The notes under the pieces are model-generated. The model did not search any database and was not told the DNA's origin. It saw only the letters and a program-made list of their open reading frames with translations. From Octopus sinensis (Eukaryota): DNA of 64,000 nucleotides. Made by a program: the position numbers and the translations under genes. The DNA is taken from positions 37,386,001 through 37,450,000 of the forward strand of contig NC_043009.1 in the NCBI RefSeq assembly GCF_006345805.1. The letters are read 5' to 3'. Every line of letters starts with the position of its first letter. Positions within the stretch are counted from its first letter, which is position 1. Below are positions 25,832 to 35,815 of the stretch, piece by piece.

Positions 25832-27160
25832 TAAGTATGGAAAACAATTAAATTTTAAAAAATTAGAAGAAAATATTTTTTAAAAGAATATGTGTATAGT
25901 GTTCAAATGCAAGTGGCATTTTCCTTGTTTCTGCCTGTCTCTGTCTCTCCTATTAACTCTTGTGGATTCGAGGTCGAACTAAATTCCAAACGTAGACTTC
26001 TTAACACAAGGCGGAAGGGTGGGATAGTCTGTGTTCACGCCTGTAAACATGTTTTCAAAAACTACCATTGAATGCAATGTAAAAGTTACCAAGACTATAA
26101 ATTTAGGCGGTATCTCTGGATTAATATACTAACAATTATAACTATAAAGATTAGGTAAATCTTAGTAGATATCATATTAGTATTATAATACAAAATAAAT
26201 GGTAAATATGAACATAAGGTTTTATTTACAGGTAAATGAAGGTTAAAAGTATTTTAAGTTCGAATCTTGGGAATCTGTGATTAATATATTTGAAAAAAAT
26301 AATTGCTAATCTTAAGTTATAGATGCTACGTTGGTTTTAATTTTTATCAATTTCACTAATTTTGATTTGTTAACGTTAGTGCTTTCTTCAGTTAAGTTCG
26401 TGTATATCTGTTTACACTATTATGTACACAAATATATTGTGCACAAATATTGATGACATAGTATTGACCTATGGTCATTAGTAAGTAGTTTTGATTCGTC
26501 ATTGTCTAGTAGCTCTCAACACGTCAATACACACTCGCACAAATATGTAATGAAAATATTACCGTAACTATGGTTTTTAAAATAAAAATATATAATAAAA
26601 TTAATTAATTATTCAACTATAATTTCTAGATTGGAACTGGGTGACTTATAATTAAATTTCTAAAGTGATTAAATAATTTTAATTACGTTTCATCCACCAT
26701 AATTAATAGTGTAATTTAGGAATAATGTTTTTTTAGCTCCTAGGTTTAAAGTAATGGTATCGAAATATCGTTTAAGCTAACTAACGAATATTTTGTTTTT
26801 TGTTTTTTCAACACATTACAGACTCACGGGCACAAATGCATTTAAACAAGTTTGCATTTACATATACATAATTAACGGGTATTTTTAATACATTGGTTGC
26901 TGAAACCCACATATGTGAGTCTATCAAAGATCAAACTACATATCGAAATGGATTTTATACATAGCTATTATGGATTATTACAGAAGACTTACCAAGGAAG
27001 CATATATGGATTTAAAGACTCTCATACTAAAGTGTGCTTACCAAAATCAAAAGCAGTAATTTTTAATTTTTAATTTATATTTCAAACAAACACCATTTTC
27101 CCATATTACTTCATATTTTTAAGAAACTAGCATTCGATAAATTATACAAATTTCATATTA

Positions 27161-27252
27161 TATCTCTGAAGAGCAGAAGAGTTGTCTATAAATGCTTATC
27201 GATACAGAATTCCATTATAGGGACAGCACTTCTGCGAAACGATCGTAAGATG
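27161..27252 (+). ncRNA. Type I hammerhead ribozyme with long stem II
   Basis: tatct-CTGAAGA-gcagaag.gttgtc...gacagc.cttctgc-GAAA-c(gatc)-GTA-agatg. Palindromic ACGATCGT. Confidence 0.8.
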
Positions 27253-27472
27253 CTTGAAAAACTTAATTCGAAACTTTTAAACTATCATATTCATTATTAT
27301 ATATTTATACTTATACATATTTACATATATTTATATTTTTGATACAACTATTATTTTACACACGTATATATCTTTCTGAAGAATTTTCTAATATTGATTT
27401 CCTGATATTAATAATAATATATAATATAATATAATATAATATAATATAATATAATATATTATATATATATTC

Positions 27473-27833
27473 TTTATTCTTTTATTTGCTTTAGTCATAT
27501 GGCTGCGGTCATGCTGGAGCACCGCCTTAAAGAATTTAGTTGAAGAAATCGATCACATGACTTATTCTTTGTAAGACTATAACTTATTCTATCAGTGTCT
27601 TTTGCCGAACCGCTATGTTACGGGGTTGTAAACACACCAAACATATGTATAGATAAATATATGTACGACAGGCTTCTTTCAGTTTCCGCCTACTAAATCC
27701 ACTCGCATGCTTTTTTTTAGTCGGCCCGAGTCTATAGTAGAAGACACTTACCCAAGGTGCAACGCAGTGGCACTAAACCCGGAAGCATGTGGCTGGAAAG
27801 CAAGCTTCTAAACACACAGCCACGTCTGCACCT
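27473..27833 (-). mobile_element. SINE family B
   Basis: catgctggagcaccgcc...gccgaaccgcta...ggcttctttcagtttccg...acacagccac. Confidence 0.8.
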
Positions 27834-27839
27834 ATATAT

Positions 27840-27971
27840 AAAGTCTATTTGCCAACGTTAAAGTGGCAGTCCTGATTAGGACGGTGCTATTACCTTTTTT
27901 AGCGTGGGGCAAAAAAAGGTAGTAACAACGTCCTAATCGGGACTGCCACTTTACGTTGGCAAATAGACTTT
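27840..27971. repeat. Fold-back inverted repeat, about 60-bp arms
   Basis: aaagtctatttgccaacgt...ttacctttttt pairs with aaaaaaaggtag...acgttggcaaatagacttt across a loop of about 10 nt. Confidence 0.9.
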
Positions 27972-28042
27972 ACTCTGCAGTACTGTTACTACTTATTTCT
28001 CGCTCAGAGATTTAAAATTATCTGTGTGTGTGTGTGTGTGTG

Positions 28043-28099
<57 letters not shown>

Positions 28100-29499
28100 T
28101 AATATATATATATATATATATAATATATATATATATATATCCTTTTATAATTCCTTCTCTATGATACATTCTGTGCTGCATATATGGCCCTTTGTGGCCA
28201 ATAAAGTTCGGAATGTTATCATTACTCTCTTTATTTTGAAAGATTTTTAAATTCTAAAATAAAAATTCTTAGGCTTTCGATTTTGCTTTCTTTTCTTTGT
28301 TCTTTTCTATATATATTCTAACTGCATTCGATCTTTCTTTTATTTACGTCTTTCTCTTTTTACTTCTGTAGTCTTTTCCTCCCTTTGCTTCGTCTTCCAA
28401 TTATTTTATTTCATCTCATTTATAATTCGGTGTCGAAACTTTAGAAATTACTTCACCATAAGCAACTGTATTTCATTTCTAAGTGTAATGCCGTGGAAAT
28501 GTCAAATGTAGGTGAGAACCGATTTTACAAACTTTTTACATGTATATAGTTTGACACCTTACATTTTAAAATTCAAGTCACTTTGGGGGCTGTTTTTTAC
28601 CTTTCAGTATCACGCTGACACTGATTCAATGCATTTACATCAATCTTTTATAAAACAATTTCCTTTGTGACTCATAACGGAAATTATTATGTGTTTAAGA
28701 GATGCAGTCGCAATGCTGGGACAATAATTTGAAAGCTAATCAGTTCTTGTATCGGAATTCGATTCCCAGCTGAAACATTTTTTTTTTACATCACTAAAAA
28801 TCTTGTTACAACTTCCTGTGTTTTTCCTTCCACAAAATTATATACTGATGTTAAAACAGTAATGTCTTTAAGCCTGTTTTTCAGATAATAATTCTTTATG
28901 AACCCAAATCGTAAGGTTCCAGTTACATTGAAAATGCTCTGTACAAATGCATTAGCCTCATAAATTGCTTCTAATATTAAATCTCAGACCTGCATACAAT
29001 TTCCATTAGAAGTTGTTGTAAAACATCGCATGGTTTTCAAGCAATTAATCTGCATGACATGAAAAAAGAAAAGCATATCATTTTGAAACTGTTTTTTTTT
29101 TTTAAGGCATCCTTCATGGTAAAAAATATTATGAGATAAGTTAAACATATGGCTATGTGGTTAAGAATCTTCTTTGCATACATACATACATACATACATA
29201 CATACATACATACATACATACATACACACACACACATACCTACATACATACATACACACACACATACCTACATACATACATACATACATACATACATACA
29301 TACATACATACATACATACATACATACATGCATACATACATACATACATACACAAGCACACACATTCATACATACGTATATGCATACATACATATACACC
29401 CATTACATACATTCATACATATATACGCATTACATACATACATTCGTTTACATACGCATATATTCTTATATGTACAACGTACAGAGTTACTCGTTTCAT

Positions 29500-30300
29500 A
29501 GGAAATTTAATACAATCCAATATGCCCTATGTAGGATGCTCCACATTTATTGCAGACTACTTCGTATACGACATAGGGCCTCGAGCATGTTTTGATGTCT
29601 TTGATGGGGCACTTAGAGAGTGTGCACCCTACGTTGCTTTCTGTGGTATTTTTCCTCGACAGAACTTTCCTCGGAGATGGGCCAGTGTGTACTAACTGTA
29701 TGTTAAGTCCCTCCCTGTGGATGACATGTAGGATAGCTGCCACTGTTCTGTAATCGACGTAGGGGAGTCGAAGGAAGTCTAAGGGAACACGAAAGGGTGT
29801 AAACTACATAAGAAAGCCCATGACATCAGATCAGAAAAGTGCTTCCTTAAATTGCCCTACTTTGACGACAGAACAAGGGTAGCTGTCCAACATGCCATCC
29901 GCAGAAAGGGACTTAATATACAGTTGTTACACACTGGCCCATCTCTGAGCAAAGTTCTGTCGACGAAAAATACCACAGAGAGCACCGTGGGGTGCACACT
30001 CACCAACTTCCCCATCAACGACATCAAAACATGTGGAGCATCCTACATAAGGAGCACTACTAAGAAACTACACATCCGAATAAAGGAGCATATGTAAACA
30101 GACACTTCGATAAAGAAACACCTTAAGGAGTGCCAAACCCCGAATTTCGAAGTTTCTATCAAGGCAAACCAACGCAACAGGGGCAATTTCAGAACTCTGG
30201 AAGTCCTCCTTATAAACAAATTGAGACCAGTCATTATCAACTGGAAGGAACTACAAAACAGACTGGTTGTTATAGCAACACCAGTCCGCACATGTCTCCT
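29500..30300. mobile_element. Penelope-like GIY-YIG endonuclease remnants in inverted arrangement
   Basis: Minus ORF 29507-29743 (VVYEVVCNKCGASYIG) and plus ORF 29852-30097 (CGASYIRSTTKKLHIRIKEH) are homologous inverted copies. Confidence 0.8.
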
Positions 30301-30350
30301 GCCACCTTCCTCCACCTCCCCCCCCCCCCACACACACACACACATAAGGA

Positions 30351-30731
30351 AGCACTCCGTCGGTTACGACGACGAGGGTTCCAGTTGATCCGAATCAACG
30401 GAACAGCCTGCTCGTGAAATTAACGTGTAAGTGGCTGAGCACTCCACAGACACGTGTACCCTTAATGTAGTTCTCGGGGATATTCAGCGTGACACAGAGA
30501 GTGACAAGGCCGGCCCTTTGAAATACAGGTACAACAGAAACAGGAAGTAAGAGTGAGAGAAAGTTGTGGTGAAAGAGTACAGCAGGGATCACCACTATCC
30601 CCTGCCGGAGCCTCGTGGAGCTTTAGGTGTTTTCGCTCAATAAACACTTACACCGCCCGGTCTGGGAATCGAAACCGTGATCCTACGACCGCGAGTCCGC
30701 TGCCCTAACCACTGGGCCATTGCGCCTCCAC
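30351..30731 (-). mobile_element. tRNA-derived SINE family C, near full length
   Basis: Minus-strand head ggaggcgcaatggcccagtggttagggcagcggac...ggtttcgattccc has A- and B-box-like motifs. Confidence 0.85.
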
Positions 30732-30869
30732 GCACGCATACACATCTGAGCAAAAGTATTTTCCAACTATGGCTTTTCTGAATGTCCTGAAGAAAGGGTC
30801 TTCACTCGAAATATAGAAATAGAAGATAAAACTGCTACTTTGTCCTGTTTTTTATTTTTCCTTTTGTAA

Positions 30870-31736
30870 TTTCTAGCATTGTTCGGGCCTTACACAACTA
30901 TAAACAGATAAATTACAATTTTTCCAAATTGTCTAATATTGAAAAATATTTTCCAATCAATCATAAATATTTTTAATAGACATAAGGTTTATTGTCTAAG
31001 CAGAAATGTTGCTCAAATTATAGCAACACATAAAATAATATCGAAATTTCAAAAAAGTGATTATAATCTGAGTAGCATAGTAAATATTAAGCATAATAAC
31101 ATCAAACAGAATATTAAAAAACTCAAATGGAACAGAATTTAAATGTCGCTGAAAGGGAAATAACCCAATTTTATATAATTAATAACATCAAATCGAATAA
31201 AAGTCCAGCTACAATTAGAACATAGATAACGTTATCTAAAGGAGTAAACAGTAAGAAAGAACTTAGAGGAAATAAATTTAATAAAACAATGAATGATCAA
31301 ATTAAAACTAAATCGTTGCAATTGTTCTCAACGGGAATCCTGTTATGTGAAAATTAGTGTAAGAGTAAAAATGTAATATATAGACGTAGAGTTATATGTG
31401 AGGGTAATGAATACTTTTACATTGGAGGGACATCGTTAGTTTTCAAGAGGAGACTGGCAAATCATTTGAATTCATTTAGAGATAAAAATAAAAGATTTCA
31501 AACAAGTCTTAGCATATTAATCTGGTCTGTTAAGGACAAAAAAATACGACTATACTATTAAATGGGAATTAATTTGTACTGCAAAGCCATACAGACCTAG
31601 GACCGAAAAATGTGACCTATGTTTAGAAGATTTTTACCAGAGTTTTACATCCAAGGGTAATATAATAAATTCTATACAGGAACAATCTTTAAGATGCTTG
31701 CACATAAGGAAATTCATATTTGCCAAGTATAAATGA
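30870..31736 (+). mobile_element. Penelope-like element C-terminus with GIY-YIG endonuclease (frameshifted)
   Basis: IFNRHKV...RNVAQIIATH; CNCSQRESC; NVIY...FYIGGTSLVFKRRLANHLNSF...TSLSILIW..K; IKWELI...PY...KCDLCLE...RCLH, ending at a stop at 31736. Confidence 0.85.
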
Positions 31737-31915
31737 ATAATAAACATTTAAACAGCAGAATGTTTTGAAATAATGGACTTTGGTTTATCCAATTATCCAA
31801 TCAAAATTTGAAATGGAGATTCTTCGCGTCTAACTTAACGGACAACTCTACATCATACAACGCAGAGTAGATAAACGAAAAACTTTAAACAGTCAAATCG
31901 AAGAATATTAAGTAA

Positions 31916-32001
31916 AGACCCTGAAGAAACTGCACTGGCATTATAACAGTGTTGCAATTGTAACGGTTACTAATCGATGCAGTTGAAACATGTGTTGGTT
32001 T
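31916..32001 (+). ncRNA. Type I hammerhead ribozyme in the 3' region of the PLE
   Basis: agacc-CTGAAGA-aactgca...tgcagtt-GAAA-c(atgt)-GTT-ggttt, about 180 nt after the GIY-YIG stop. Confidence 0.7.
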
Positions 32002-32083
32002 ATGTAAAACTGTATATATATTAAAAGAATTCAAGGTAACCCTTATTATTGATAATGTTGATATATAAATGAGTATATATAAA

Positions 32084-32854
32084 GAGTCCTCCCATAAATA
32101 ATGCGGTTTTTTCAATTGCCTGAACTAAAAGTCGGAGGGGTGGGATAAACTACCTGCATCAACTTGCTATAAATGCAGGTTGTAATTTTACTTTGTACTT
32201 ATTCTCAGTGCAAGTTTTGGAGAGTGCAGTTCGATTTTAACAATTATTTTTTCAACGCTATAATGGAAGTGACAAAGGAGCATATTCGGCATATTTTGCT
32301 TTATGAGTTCAATAAAGGCAACAATGCAACGGAAAGTGCGAGTAATGTTAATGCAGTATATGGGGATCGAACAATAAGCATAAGCCAGTGTCAATAGTGG
32401 TTCCAGAAATTCCGAGCCGGAAACTACAGCCTAGAAGATGAGCCTCGTCCTGAAAGATCTGTAAAACTTGACGAGGACGTCCTGCAAAACCTGGTGGAAC
32501 AAAACCTCATAGTAAGTGTTGAGGAAGTAGCAGAGAAGCTTGGATTTGGTCATTCGCCCATTCATCGACACCTGCGTGCCATCGAAAGGTGTTCTTCCAT
32601 CAGGATAATGCTCGGCCACCTACAGCTAGGATGACATTCCAAAGGCTGGGACAGTTTGAATGGGAAACGATGCCCCACCCACTATATTCACCAGACATTG
32701 CTCCATCTGATTATCATTTATTCCGCAGTCTTCAAAATCATTTGGACGGAAAAAATATGAATTCTGTAGATGAGGTCATAATAGACCTGGAGGAGTATTT
32801 TAATTTTGAAAATTAAAAATATAAAACAACCGCATTATTTATTGGATGACCCAG
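32084..32854 (+). mobile_element. Internally deleted mariner (DD34D) transposon
   Basis: TIR-like ccataaataatgcggtt / aaccgcattatttattgg. KEHIRHILLYEF...WFQKFRAGNYSLEDEPR is joined to FHQDNARP...HPLYSPDIAPSDYHLFRSL. Confidence 0.9.
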
Positions 32855-32872
32855 TATATACATATATGTATG

Positions 32873-32903
<31 letters not shown>

Positions 32904-33082
32904 TCTTTTACTTGTTTCATTGTGACTGTGGCCATACTGGAGCACTGCCCTTTAGTCGAAGAAATCGGCCCCTGAACTTATTCTTTGTAAGACTGGTACT
33001 TATTCTCCCTTTCGCAGAACCGCTAAGTTACGGGGACGTAAACACACCAACATTGGTTGTCTTGCGATGGTGGGGACAAACA
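32904..33082 (-). mobile_element. SINE family B, 3' half
   Basis: tcttttacttgtttc...ccatactggagcac...gaaccgctaagttacggggacgtaaacacacc. Confidence 0.75.
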
Positions 33083-33131
33083 CCGACCACATAGTGGCTT
33101 ACCCTCCAAATATACACATATATATATATAC

Positions 33132-33216
<85 letters not shown>

Positions 33217-33639
33217 GTTCCGTTTTCAGCAGAGAAAGACGTGATTGCCTTTGCTCTGTGAAAAAGTTTGCAAAACGTAAAACTCTAAGTCATAGAGATC
33301 ACTACAACACTTTGGTTAAAAATATTTTAAAAAATATATATATAAATATATACATATACACAGTAATTTTCATTTTCGCCGAAACGCACATGGTGCAAAA
33401 ATAACTGAATCAAGTTATCTCCTGCAAGAAAGAAAAAAGAAGCATCTCTCCTGAAAAAATCCCGTAAACCAAAAAAAAATAATCCAGACCACATTGTTGG
33501 ATTAAGTATCAATTTCATCTATTTCATATTTTATTTATTATTCTATTTTATCTTTCACTTAGGCCCACATCTTAGTTAAAGTTGCGATCGTCATTTTGTT
33601 TGTTTACATTTTCAATATCTGTTCTCGATATAATAATTT

Positions 33640-34842
33640 TCCAGATACTCTATCTTCTAATTAGCCTTAAGATTAATTAAATAACGTTTAATATTGATAC
33701 CGTCAAATTAGCCTTAGGATTAAATTAAATAACGTTTAATATTGTTTTATATTGTTAATAATTATTGTTAATTAGCCTTAAGATTAAATTAAATAACGTT
33801 TAATATTGTTTAATATTGTTAATAATTTTTCAGATACTCTATCTTCTAATTAGCCTTAAGATTAAATTAAATAACGTTTAATATTAATAACGTCTAATTA
33901 GCCTTAGGATTAAATTAAATAACGTTTAATATTGTTAATATTGTTAATAATTACTGTTAATTAGCCTTAAGATTAAATTAAATAACGTTTAATATCGTTT
34001 AATATTGTTAATAATTATTGTTAATTAGCCTTAGGATTAAATTAAATAACGTTTAATATTGTTAATATTGTTAATAATTATTGTTAATTAGCCTAAGATT
34101 AAATTAAATAACGTTTAATATTGTTTAATATTGTTAATAATTCTTCAGATACTCTATCTTCTAATTAGCCTTAAGATTAAATTAAATAACGTTTAATATT
34201 ACCACACTCTAATATAATATTAACATTGCTAATATATTTTCAGATACTCTATCTCCTGATTAGCCTTAAGATTAAATAACGTTTTTATCCACACTCTAAT
34301 ATAATAGTAATATTGCTAATATATTTTCAGATACTCTATCTTCTAATTAGCCTTAAGATTAAATTAAATAACGTTTAATATTAATAACGTCTAATTAGCC
34401 TTAAGATTAAATTAAATAACGGTAAATATTGCTTAATATTGTATATATAATTTTTCAGATACTCTGTCTTCTAATTAGCCTTAAGATTAAATTAAATAAC
34501 GTTTAATATTACCCACATATTAATATTGCTAATATATTTTCAGATACTCTATCTCCAAATTAGCCTTAAGATTAAATAACGTTTTTTTTACCCACACTCT
34601 AATATAATATTAATATTGCTAATATATTTTCAGATACTCTATCTCCTAATTAGCCTTAAGATTAAACAACGTTTTTATCCACACTCTAATATAATATTAA
34701 TATTGCTAATACATTTTCAGATACTCTATCCCCTAATTAGCCTTAAGATTAAATAACGTTTTTACCCAAATAACGTTTTAACACAAACTTTAATATTGTT
34801 AATATTTCTTTTTCAAGTACTCTATCTTCTAATTAGCCTTAA
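33640..34842 (+). repeat. AT-rich tandem array directly upstream of LINE ORF1
   Basis: More than 15 copies of aattagccttaagattaaattaaataacgttt, often preceded by ttttcagatactctatcttct, spaced about 50-90 bp apart. Confidence 0.9.
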
Positions 34843-34903
34843 TATCTTCCTGTCTTCTCTCGAACATAATTAGATAGATAAACGGATAGACGGATTATCC
34901 AGC

Positions 34904-35815
34904 ATGTCCAGAGCATGGAGACGTGACGAGCTGGATTTATTCGTACGAGCATGGGAGTGCGCCGGCGGAGATAGCCCTAGCGAGGTGATTGCGGCTGCGC
35001 TGAAGAGCAGAGGCTACAAGAGGACAGCGGCTCAGATGGAGCGAAAGAGACAGGAATTCGTGCGCTCATATGCGCTTGTACGGTCGCACATTGGCGCACT
35101 TGATGCCATCTTTGAGAACGAGCGGGGCAAAGATGGCAAGAATGGAGACGATGAAAGAAGTCACCCCCACCTGGTGGACGCCCGGGAGGAGGTTTTGAAT
35201 GAGAAACCTGCCCGGGAAGTGAACCCAGGTGCAAGTTCTCCAACCGGCAGCAAGGGCCATGGAGACGGAGAACCCGGTGAAGAGGTAGAGGGAGGAAGAA
35301 GAACTAAAAGAAGGACTGGAAGAGCTAAAGGAAAAGAAAAAGCTCAAGCAGGACCAAAGAGTGAAACAACCAGGAATAGAAGTGGAACCGCAAAGGATGG
35401 AACCAAACAGCGCACACGGGTGTGTATGTTCTACCTGAGAGGTTCCTGCTGGCATGGAAAGGAAGGTGCAGGCTGCCGCTTTGCACATCGGGGACCCTGC
35501 CACAGAGACACGAGGCAGATGGACAAACCATCAACACAAAGAAAAGGGATGGACCACGCACCACCTGCCCCAAAGCGGAGGTACGCAGATGTTGTGCGCG
35601 CCACAAACAGCCAACATGATGTTGTCGAAAGAGCAGCTGCTGAGCAACAATCTTTTTTGTGCATGGCACAAAAGATTGTACAGCAGCTGACCTGGCTTCA
35701 TCAAACCCAAGCCCGCAGGTGGGACTACCCACTATATACCAGACCACCACAGCAAACAGACACAGGATGGACACCGCCGGCAACAACGTACACCTCACCT
35801 CGATACTCCTACTGA
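34904..35815 (+). CDS. LINE ORF1, 303 aa: N-terminal Myb/SANT trihelix-like domain, basic linker, CCCH zinc finger
   Basis: WRRDELDLFVRAW...IAAALKSRGYKRTAAQMERKRQEFVRSY and CMFYLRGSCWHGKEGAGCRFAH (C-x7-C-x8-C-x3-H). Intact ORF. Confidence 0.75.
   Translation: MSRAWRRDELDLFVRAWECAGGDSPSEVIAAALKSRGYKRTAAQMERKRQEFVRSYALVRSHIGALDAIFENERGKDGKNGDDERSHPHLVDAREEVLNEKPAREVNPGASSPTGSKGHGDGEPGEEVEGGRRTKRRTGRAKGKEKAQAGPKSETTRNRSGTAKDGTKQRTRVCMFYLRGSCWHGKEGAGCRFAHRGPCHRDTRQMDKPSTQRKGMDHAPPAPKRRYADVVRATNSQHDVVERAAAEQQSFLCMAQKIVQQLTWLHQTQARRWDYPLYTRPPQQTDTGWTPPATTYTSPRYSY

Noticed and set aside
30660-30731. tRNA gene candidates (also the heads at about 51230-51302 and 45211-45300)
   Set aside because: They are tRNA-like heads continuing into SINE bodies; no complete cloverleaf was seen.
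33640-34842. CRISPR-like repeat array
   Set aside because: The spacers are themselves repetitive, the context is eukaryotic, and there are no cas genes.
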